Assembly: GCA_964247055.1 (NCBI GenBank)
Contig: OZ176059.1
Span: forward strand, 3,472,001-3,536,000
Origin: Paragordius varius
Lineage: Eukaryota > Animalia > Nematomorpha
Reading direction: 5' to 3'
DNA: 64,000 nucleotides
A program made the position numbers and the translations under genes. Positions 53,279 through 64,000 of this stretch are shown in pieces. The notes under the pieces are model-generated. The model ran no database searches, had not been told where the DNA came from, and saw nothing but the letters and a program-made list of their open reading frames with translations. Each line of letters starts with the position of its first letter. Positions within the stretch are counted from its first letter, which is position 1.

Positions 53279-53496
53279 CCGACAAAACGTAATAAAGAAA
53301 AATATTTTTCCAAAAGACAACCATAATTTTTTAAAATCTTAATTTTTCCTCCATATATAAACGATGGTAAAATATCACATTGATTGTTTTAGTATATATC
53401 TACTTCACATCTTGGAATATTAAAAAAATAAGATTTAAAAAATATGGATGTTTTTTTAAAAAAAGTAATTTGTCTTTATATTTTTACGTTTGTCCG
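53279..53496. mobile_element. MITE family 1, right of ZNF copy D
   Basis: ta-ccgacaaaacgt ... tacgtttgtccg-ta. Confidence 0.8.
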
Positions 53497-54109
53497 TATA
53501 ATTTTAATTTTTTATGTATAAGGTTGAATAAAGTCGCTTATAAAGCTGGATTGTAAAAAATACAACTATTATGTGGAAGATTAATTTAAATATTAAAAAT
53601 TGTAACAAACAGCTTTAAAAAGCGGTGTTGTTTTAATTAAATTAGAAAAATGCTATATATAAAAAATAAACAATTTTCTTATATTTATCAATATTATTAG
53701 ATCTAAATATAATTTTACCAGTTATTTATTTGATAAAAACGTTAATAAATTTTAAAATTAAATAAATTTGATATATATTACTGTTTATTAATTATTAATA
53801 TAAATATTACAATTTACAAATATATATTTTTTCAAATTTAAATATTTTACTTTAAGAATTTAAAATTAAATATTATATATAATATAAAAAATTACAATTT
53901 CTGAAAAATCTTGAAATTTTTTTAATTTCTAATAAAATAAAATATGATTATACTTTAGAACAAGATAAGTTGAATTATTTTACACAAAAAATATAATATT
54001 AATAAAAAAATATATTTGAAATATTGTATAATTAATTTGATATATAAAATAATTTAAAGAAAATTATAGAATTATTTTATAATAATTATAAAAATATTAA
54101 ATTTACTAA

Positions 54110-55620
54110 TTTAATTATATACCCATTCTCCAAATAATTTTGAATATTATTGCGAATAAATGAAAAACAGACAATTAAAAAACCGTTAAAAAATGCAATC
54201 GTCTGTCGTTTTATTTTATATACTTAAATTTTTTTCAATTATTATTAGTTTAAAACATTTTAAAATGAAATATTATATTTTAACTGATAAATACCATATA
54301 TTTTCTTGATATTTTTTATTTACTTTGAAAAACTTTATAATCTAATAAATTTAAACACTATATAATTAATAATTTAAAATTGATAAATAATTTAATTATT
54401 TATTAAAAATAATAAATTTTATTAAAAAAATATTTTAAATTATAAATAATAATATTGTTTTAATTCATTTTAAAAATTATGATATCATACCTTATTAAAC
54501 AAGCAGTCAGTTTTTAGACATAAATTAGAAAATGGGCAAAGTTTATTTAAAGTTAATTTTTTTTGATAAAAAATCAAATTATTACTTTAAACCAGGATAA
54601 AAACATCTGAATAAAATCTTGGTAAAATTGATATTCCCAAAAAGATTTTTTCTAAATAAGTCCATCTTTCCAAATAATAAGAATGATAAATAATTGTTGC
54701 CTTCCGTTTTTTAAAGTTTTATGTATGAAATCTAATAAATTTTTATGAATGCTCGCATATATATATATATCTCAAATTTGGCTCGTCGGAATTAATTGCG
54801 GCCCGCAAAACCTACTTTAAACTCTTAGTTCCTGTAAATATAAAACTTGAATAAAACAGCCTTTTTAAAATAAAATATATTTCACAAAGTTAATTAATAA
54901 ATTTTTTAAATTTTTCAGAAATATTCAAATCTAAAAAACTATATTTTAGTTATAAATAAATATTGAAAAATTATTGTGAGAAATTTCGTAACAAATAATT
55001 ATGATCCTGTATTATATAGAAAAGTGGTGTTAAATTTAATAAAAAATTGTATATCGTTTTTTACAGTTTATATTGTACTATATCTTTTGATATAATAAAT
55101 ATACCAAATCAAGCAAACGACACTAGATGGAATAAATATAAAAGTAATGATAGTCTTTAAATTAACCTAAATTAAAATTTTGATTGGTTTTATTAAAAAC
55201 AGAGGCGAGCTTTAGTTGTGTAGTTTCTTAGTTCGTTTTTGAAAATTTGAATAAGTTTAAAGATTATTAAATATTTAAAGAATATTTATATTTAGCCAAA
55301 AATTTATATTTTAAGATGATTTAAATAGACATATCGCTAATAGTTTTGATGTATATATTAGATAAAAGTTTAATGGTTATTAACTTCTTAAAAGTTAGAA
55401 AAGGTACATATTTATACCTTGCAAAGAATAAATATTTATGAAAATACAGTAAGTTTATTTTTATTTCAAATACTTCTACAATATGTCACTTCTGAAATAA
55501 TATATGCTATCTGTTCTTGAATTTATAAGGTAATATAACGCCTATACTATGTTATTAATATACCATGCATTATTTTGGATATCATAAGATTTTGTTTATT
55601 ACTTAAATATTTTTCCGAAA
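54110..55620 (-). repeat. Long repeat unit, inverted copy (blocks g-f-W-Z)
   Basis: tacccattctccaaat, aatcgtctgtcgtttt, gatatcatacctt, ggctcgtcggaat and atttataccttgcaaagaataaatattt; colinear with 9230-10620. Confidence 0.85.
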
Positions 55621-56529
55621 ATTTCGTGTCTTAATTATATTCGATTAAAATGGAGAAATAATAATTTACTATTTCTTTTTTATTTATGGAAAATAAAAAT
55701 GGAAATATTTAACATATTAACAAATTTCATACAGTTTTTGAAATTAACAAAAACGCCTTAAATTAATTTATTAGAACATAACCTCTAAAATAGAAAATAA
55801 AAAGCAAATATTTTTCCAATATAAGCGTCAATGATATTAACAATAGGTTTTGCTGATAAATTTTGAAAAAAATAGCCAAAAGATACATTACATGATAATC
55901 TTGGCTTTTATTAATAAATATTTATTTATTATTGGCTTTATATATAAAAGCAAAAGGCATCATAATTTATTGTAAAAAATGATTTGATTTAAAATTAAAT
56001 AATCAATTTGTTGATTTTTTAAGCAAAAATTGAATTCGGGAAAAAATAAGTGTACAAAAAGCAAACGCTAGAACCTAATTATATTAAACAATTTATACCA
56101 TATTAAAATTTAAGTAATCTCTATTTTTATTTAGAATATATTTTGCGCTTAAAAATAAATACCATATAAAGTTAATAATCTATTTATGCTTAAAATATTT
56201 AATACTTGGATTAAATAAGCCATCTATTTACAAAATATTATATGAAAAAACGTTAAAATTTAGTTAATTTTTTTTAAAAGACAACCACACTCTATTTACC
56301 GGGTTTTTTCTATAAACTATTTAATTACAACTATAAAATTAATAATCGGAGTCTAATATACATCTCTTTTTCATACTTTGCAATTTAAATAATATTTGTT
56401 TAATATTTTTGTGTTTTGTCCGTATATTACTATATTATATATATAGTATGAATTACACGATTTTAAAGAATCTTAAAATTGGATATCCACAAAATTTATC
56501 ATAAAGAGATTCAAATTTTAAGACAATAT

Positions 56530-59060
56530 ACACTCATTTTTTTCCTCATATCCTTCATCACAAACTTATCCATTGCTAATACATCCTCCCTCATTTTCCA
56601 CATCATCTAAACCAATATCAGGGGTGAAACAAAATCAATCTAACTTGACAATCTGCACAAGACTCCCCATTCCCCTTCACAGCATAGCATTCACGGGACA
56701 TTGACTATAAAACTACAGTTTTTAAGGTCCAAAATTACAGCGATTTGTCTTTACGTATCGGTACATGGAATTCACGCGGTATCACCAACAAAATTGAAGT
56801 TATTATAGAAGAAATGGTAAAACTCGACATCTAGTGTATTAGGGATAGCAGAATCCGACATCCCAATAAACGGTCACATAGAATATGAAAATTACATTTT
56901 ATTGTACTCTGGTCATGATACCCTTAAACGAAACCGAGTGGTCCTAATAGTGATCAAATCACTTGCCAACACATCTGAAATTCATCACCTACTTCGATTG
57001 AACTCTTTTCCGCAACCATTAACGATATTCCATATCTATGCCCCTATTAACTCTAATAACGAAGAAAATCCCTAATTTACGAGGCCTCAGATATTAAGAA
57101 AGTTTTCAAAAAGGACATGATATTTGTATTGGGCGACTTTAACGCGATAGTAAGTAATGATAATACACATGAATCACTGGTAGGAAAGGACTGTGAAACA
57201 AAAACGACAGAGGAGACCGCCAATTTTGCAGCGAACATAAATTCTTTATCTCAAACTCTTTTTTACAACAACCTAAGCGAAGGCTATAAACATGGATTTC
57301 ACCTTGCAAGAGGCACAGAAACCAAATTGACTTTATTCTCGGTATGCAAAAATATAAATCTTCCTTTATGAACGTAAAAACCTACCCTGGTTCCGACTGC
57401 TATTCTGATCATAATCTCCTTGTAGCTAAACTAAAAATTAAAACAGTTCTCTCATGCAAACCAAGATTTCAGCATAAACCTAAATTAGATTTTTTTGCGA
57501 TCTCACCCGAGTTTCCTTTGTTACTAAACAGATTTAAAACACTCGAAATTGTCGATGACACCGATAATCTTTGGAATACAATACAAAATATCACTAGTAC
57601 TACAACCAGAGAATGCATCCCTATCCAAAATTCCCATATTAACAAAATTAGTCTATCACAAAAAAGTTTAGATTTAGCGCACAAACGGAGCCAAGCAAAA
57701 CGCATAATAACACGCAGAGTACAAATCACTTACCGCAGAGCTCCAAAAAAGCGCTCGGGAAGACAAAAACAATCACTACAATCAGCTGTGCTCAAAATTA
57801 GAAAACGCTGCTAAATATAACAACAACTACTTTGCTGAAGTAGATCTCATTACTCCACGAAGGTCTAAAATCTACAAAGGCCCAATGAGAAAGGAAGATG
57901 GAGATATCATCACAGACAAAAAAAACACTGGTGGAACAATGGGAACAATATGTATTAAAATTATACAGCTCCAGTCCATCAAACGCCGATAAAAACAGTA
58001 AAATCTATCAACATGACCCGTCGATAAGAAGAAACTAAATGGGCGCTGAACCATTCCCCAAACAACAAATCTGAGGCGTACAACGATATTCCAACCGAAC
58101 TCATTCTATTTATCCCAATTCATATCCTAACTGACTTATTCCAAAAGATATTTGCCCACGCCTCATACCCCCAAGACTGGTGCAAACTAATACTCATCCC
58201 CTCTTGAAAAAAGGCGATCCTAAATAATTTTACAACTATAGTGGTATAAGCATTGCCGGCAAAAATATATCATTTCACTATGCTGATGACACTATACTGC
58301 TGTAAAACTCAGTGGACAACCTAAAAAAACTTTTAACTGAATTCTCAAACGAATGTCAAAAATTTGGATTGACGATCAACTTTAAAAAAACTAAAATAAT
58401 AAATATAAACGTTCCTAACCACTATAACAACTTATCTTTTCACAACCAAGAAATAGAAGTAGTGTCCCAATACACTTACCTAGGCAGTCTTATAAATACA
58501 ACTAACAACAGCACCCCAGACATCAAAAGAAGAATAGGAATTGCTAAGACAAAAATGATAAAATATAATAAATTATGGTCATCACACGACATCAAACTTA
58601 AAACAAAAATCCGATTAGTTAAATCACTAATATTTCCCAGCATGCTATACGCATCCGAAAGTTGGACGATAAATAAGGTAAACGAAAAATACATTAACGC
58701 CTTCGAAATGTGGTGCTGGCGGAAGATACTACAAATCACCTGGAAAGACAAAATAAAGAACACCGTAATCCTTGACCAAATGAATCCCGTACACCTGATC
58801 GGCATGTGCCTCAAAATAAAATTATCATACTTTGGTCATATTACCAGAGCTAATGACTTGGAATTCCAACTAATGACAGGCAAAGTCGAAGGATCCAGGA
58901 AACTTGGATGCTGCAAGATGCGCTAGATCGAAAACCTAACTAAAGAAACCAATCTCTCTTTACAACAGTAACCATCACTCACTCACAATCGAATAAATTG
59001 GAGAAAATACACCTTCGAAACAGCAATAAATCGACAACGATCTTTGCTACAATAATAAGT
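56530..59060 (+). mobile_element. RTE (BovB-like) LINE, degenerate, with central RT deletion
   Basis: RIGTWNSRG, LGDFNA and YPGSDCYSDHNLL (APE); PQDW...IPL.KKGD jumps to HYADD; then YLGSLI, DIKRRIG and FEMWCWRKILQITW (ORF 58312-58926). Confidence 0.9.
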
Positions 59061-59069
59061 TAAGTCCTC

Positions 59070-60100
59070 ATGCTTTAACAAACTATTTTTAAATTTTTGG
59101 CTAACCATTGACCCTTAAGAACACTTTTAAATAGAAGGTAAATAATGTTATATTAATATTGACGAAAGAAAATTAAAAAAAATATTATAATTGTTTAATT
59201 TTTAAAAAATTTTTATTATAAGATTAATACCATGTCAACAATAATAATTATCCTGCAAGTCATTCCTTATAGTATATCTATAAACGGACTTAGGTTAACA
59301 TTTGATTTGATTCTTGGTTTATTTAATTTTAAATCAAATTATAGGCCGCGAACATTAGTGTTTATTTATATTTATGATTCTATATAACCAAATATTTATT
59401 GAATAAAGATTCGTATATTTTATTTTATAAGTCTTACATTAAAAATACATTTTAAACGATTTAAGAATTTGTAAAAGACAACCAGACTTTCCAAATATTT
59501 ATTTCATATAAGCTCTTTAATTACAATTATTGTATATAAAATTAATTTAGTAATATATTTCTCTATTACACATTCATTTTATACAATATTTAAATGAATA
59601 AAGATTTGTAGATTATGGTTGTTTTTAAATTTGTGTCTATTTTATATTTTACTGCATATAATTCATGAAACTCCCTTTTGACGCTATTGGTACCCACATA
59701 TTGTCAAAACACAACAAAGAAAAAAATATCTTTTTTTGCGTTTTAAATTGGTTTTAATATGGGGTAATGTTTTTTTAAAGATGTTGAAATATCTTAAATA
59801 TTTGAATAAAATATAATCAATTAATATTAGAAAATTAAAATAGTTATCAATTTATATAGTTAGCTTATGTTTTATTGAGTTTCCAATAAATAATAACAAT
59901 TTATTTTTCAATCATTTACTTTGTTAATGATCAGATTTTTTTACATTCCAAAATACTTTTGTTTGAATAAATTAAAATAGGCTATCATACATAACAATAC
60001 TAAACATAAAGAAGATGGCGTAATCCGATCATTCATCATCTTTTAAATTTTGATAAAAAATACTAAGATATCATAAAGCCATAAAAACAAATAATAAAAT
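59070..60100 (-). repeat. Long repeat unit, inverted copy (blocks m-k-j-h)
   Basis: tttttggctaaccattgac, gcaagtcatt..ttatagtatatct, aagacaaccagactt and cataaagaagatggc. Confidence 0.8.
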
Positions 60101-60157
60101 TTTAGGCAAAACTTTATATATATTTATTTGATGTAATAAATTTTAAAAAGTAATAAC

Positions 60158-63100
60158 CGTTGACCTTGCACTGAACTAATTCTCAACTTCAACTAGAAGA
60201 AAGTCAAATTTTTAACCAAATTTAATATAGCTATACATTATTTTATAATTTACTCTACGTAAAATACATCTGCGCATTATAGGGTGAAATTTGTAACATA
60301 ATGTTAGTTTTTAGAAAAAAATGTAGCTTTTTTTACTTTGTGTGAATAGTCAATATTTTTTTAAAGTTTAAAAAAATAAGATAAGTTGCTTAAAGTTAAA
60401 TTTAAAATCTTCCTACATCATTTTGTATAGAGCTGTGAATTTGATATTTAAAACATTTCGGCTCTTTAGTTATTATATAAATGTAATAAATTAATCCATG
60501 ACTAAAATTTTTAGCTCAATATATTTATAAATATAATTATTGGCATATGAAACATGAGTTGTTATATAAATTAAAAATACTCAAACCATTAGTTTAAGTA
60601 TTCTTTCTTATATATATGTAGTATGTAATTAGATATTATTATATTGATGCATTTTATATAACCAATTTATATTTATTTTTGTTCATTAGTTTATGACATT
60701 TCTGTTTTATAACTTTTAATTTAATTTTTCTAGCGTGTTAGGGTATTTAATTTGCAATACTTCTGATAAATGTTTTATGGAAATTATGTTGTATTGGCCA
60801 TATCTTGGTTACCCTTTTGTTACATTAGAATTCCTTACCAAAATAGTGCTTTAGTTTACGGCATTTTTGTTTAGTATAGTCTCTAATAATATGAATATAA
60901 ATTATAAAGAGGGGGAAAAGTTAAAAATTTATTACTGTTTTTATAAAAAAGGTCAAATTTAAACCTTGATTTTTGTAAGTTATTAATGGAAATTTAAAGT
61001 ATAATATAACTGGTAACATTCAATTTTTTTCGCATATTAAATCGTTTAAATTATAGTACCATGGAAAAATATGGATTTATAAAAATGTAATTTTTTTATT
61101 ATGGATTGAAATGAGATAATTTAACATTTTTACCGAAAACTCGTAATCAATTTAAATAATCTACATTGATGGGAAAGAAAAAAATTTATTATGTATTAAA
61201 TAATTTCGGATGATAATAATTTGACAGAATATAACTTTAAGCGAAAACATAAGGACTATTTTTATTAAATATTGCTGGAGAAAAAAAAGACAATACCAAA
61301 ATAGAGGGGCAGATATAACTACAGTCCTAATTAGATAAATAAATATTTAATTTTCAGTCAAATTCGGAATTATACAGATAAAACTAAAAAAACATAAGAA
61401 CAAATATACTCCGAGCACTATTTACATAAAGAGATGTATATGTGTTACACAATCAACTATGTATTATACAATTGCACAATTAAATAATTTATATAGGGAA
61501 AAATATGGTTTAAAAAAATTATGGTTATATTTTATAAAAAATATTTGTTATTATATCATGATTATTTATGGTTTAAGCCCCTACGAGTCATATAATAAAG
61601 TTATTTACACTTTTGAGTGATCCATATCAGAAAATGGCAAAATATGAGCACATTTTGTAATATTTTTTTGGTGAAAGTTAAATGTTTCATATCAAAAAAT
61701 CACTCAAATATATCATAAACTACATATAAAAAAAATAATATTTATTTAAAAAAAAAACTTATTTTTAGATGTGGGATTCGTAGTCCCAATTTTTTCACAG
61801 TTATATGAGCTAGTACTTAAAACAAACGCATAAATGCCGGAGTACGCGATAAAATTTTTCAATATATGTTAAATTTTGATACTAAAAATATTTATATAAT
61901 AATCCAATTTTTTTCCAAATTCTTATATTATTAGCAAAATTTTGTTGAAGCGTACTTCATACTATTTTTGAGGTATGATGGAAACCGTATAAAAGTGTTT
62001 TAAGATATTATAAAAAATTTTCTACATAATCTAATGATGCTAAACATTTCAATCACCTCAAAACGTCGATTAAAAGATCTCTTTGTCTTCAAGTTAAATA
62101 TAAATTTTAATAGAATCCCAATAATTTTAAAGCAAACAAACTTAATTAAAATAACTTTTTGAAATCTTTATCACTATTGAATTATATAAAATTTATTAAT
62201 ATATCTAAAAGCGTTTTTATACCCTTTCCATAAAATGAATATAAAAAACGATTAACAATTTTCGGACAAATTATATCAGATAACAAACAAACCTATAAAA
62301 TCCAAAATAATTTAGCATGTATTTTAAATTGAAAATAACAGAGTCGTCGTAAATAAACCTTTACATTAATTAAAGAGATGGCATATTTATGATAGGTAAA
62401 AAATATAACCTTGTCCAAATAAATATTTATTCTTTGCAAGGTATTAATATTCACCTTTTTTCCTTTTATAAAGTTAAAAAACATAATATATTTAATATAC
62501 TTACAAACTGTTGCGATACCTATTTAGGACCTGCTAAATATAAATTTTTGGCTAAGTATAAATATTTATATATATAACCATCTCTAAACTAATTCAATTT
62601 TACAAAAACTTACTAAGATACTAACACAACTGAAACTCGCTTCATAATACCGCACAAAATTTGAATAAATATGTCGTCTTATAGACTTCAACGAATTTTT
62701 AGTAATAATTTTTGGAATTTTTGTACCTAAAATTAATAAAAAATATGTTTTAAATCATTAGATTGATATAATAGATGCATTTTTAGAACCTTTATATAAT
62801 GTAAAAATCCTAACACATTACTTTTTAAATATATCAAAGCGTTATAATTATTTATTAGGATATATATTTTGCACAATGATTTTTTAACATTTTATAAAAC
62901 CAAAATACTGTATTTCACTGAATTTTGCTGAAATAGTCTAAAAAATTCATTAATTAATCAAAAAATATATTATTATCAATAAAGGCGGTTTTATTGAAGA
63001 ATTTAACATTTTTATTAGTAATTTAATAGTATAAAGAAGGGATATAAAGCACAAATGGCTTTGCGGCCGCATTTTTAGCTAACATATTTCGACGAGCCGC

Positions 63101-64000
63101 ATTTGGGATATATATATGCGGGCATTTATAAAAATCTATTAGATTTCAAACATAAAACTTCAAAAAGAAACCGTAATTTAACATTCTCCTTCTTGCAATT
63201 TCGATACACCTATTTAAAAAAGTTTAGGGTCAATTTTACAAAGTTGTGTAAAAATGTTTTTGCAAATTATGAATACCAACTTTTTCTGTGATCGTAGTAA
63301 AAGTCTCATATAGCCGAATGCGACCTTTGGTTTAAGAACATTTGATTTTTATATTTAAGATAAATTCTAAATAAACTTTTCCAAACAATTTTCTGGCTTT
63401 TTTTGTCATTAAAAATAATTAACTGCTTATCGAAAGGTGTGATATCAGAATTGCAAGAATGATTTAAAATAAATAAATATAATTAAATATATTTTCTGAA
63501 AAATAATTATCTTTAATAAAAATTTAAATAATTATATCAATAAAAATTGATAAAATTGGTAATAAATATAGGTTGGTAATTTTAAAATAAAAAATAGTTA
63601 TTGAAAATTACCTATTTTTAAATGTAATATAAACTATAATTATATTTTAAAAAATTATAATTGTTAAACCATCAAAATAATAGAAAAAGTATAAAAAGAA
63701 ACGACAGATGATTTCTTTTCAAACATTTTTTATTAATTGTCTGATTTTTATTTATTCGAAAAAATATTCAAATTTATTTGGAAATCGGTATATATTTATA
63801 ATTAGTTTATTGATATAATATTATATTTCAATTATATTATTTTAATTATTTCATGTATATATTTTTTTATTTAAATATTATGATTTTATTTAAATATTTT
63901 GATTATTTTATTTTAAATTATTTGTATATAAAACAAATAATTATTTTAATATTATTATTTAAAACTTAAATTTTGAAAAATAAATATACAATATTAGAAA
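60158..64000 (+). repeat. Long repeat unit, forward reference copy (blocks X-Y-Z-W-e-f-g), running off the window
   Basis: Colinear with 1627-6130 (minus the Harbinger element), 48470-50260 and 29200-30010. Confidence 0.9.

Noticed and set aside
2626-63291. Most short ORFs in the supplied track (for example 2626, 3104, 14894-15247, 18187, 18485, 31375, 34703, 38611, 44230, 49484, 62293)
   Set aside because: They are low-complexity F/I/K/Y/N-rich frames expected in AT-rich DNA, or antisense and off-frame shadows of the TE and ZNF sequences.
59070-64000. Blocks h-k as long TIRs of a Maverick/MULE-like giant element
   Set aside because: The same blocks continue colinearly into further blocks (m, n, l, A) in other copies, so they are internal rather than terminal. 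No polB, integrase or MULE transposase was seen.

Overview
Very AT-rich eukaryotic (metazoan-type) DNA with no intact host gene that I can support. Most of the window is a patchwork of more than 12 diverged copies, in both orientations, of one long (roughly 8 kb or more) unnamed repeat unit. Its conserved blocks recur in the same order, and it carries a convergent C2H2 zinc-finger gene with a PLDLS (CtBP-type) motif; four copies are present, all disabled. Recognisable mobile elements lie within this patchwork: a PIF/Harbinger element with TIRs and a 3-bp TSD; a Chapaev3-like DNA transposon whose transposase has 24- and 27-nt introns; three RTE LINE relics; a Gypsy integrase tail plus LTR; hAT relics; a 2.1-kb foldback element with about 800-bp TIRs starting CACAGTG; and two MITE families. 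A U2 snRNA gene (35-nt 5' piece with a PSE-like promoter) is fused to the 5' half of a Utopia/NeSL-type retroelement, and a matching endonuclease-bearing 3' end lies about 7 kb away on the other strand. All alignments were made by eye, so repeat boundaries are approximate (tens of bp).
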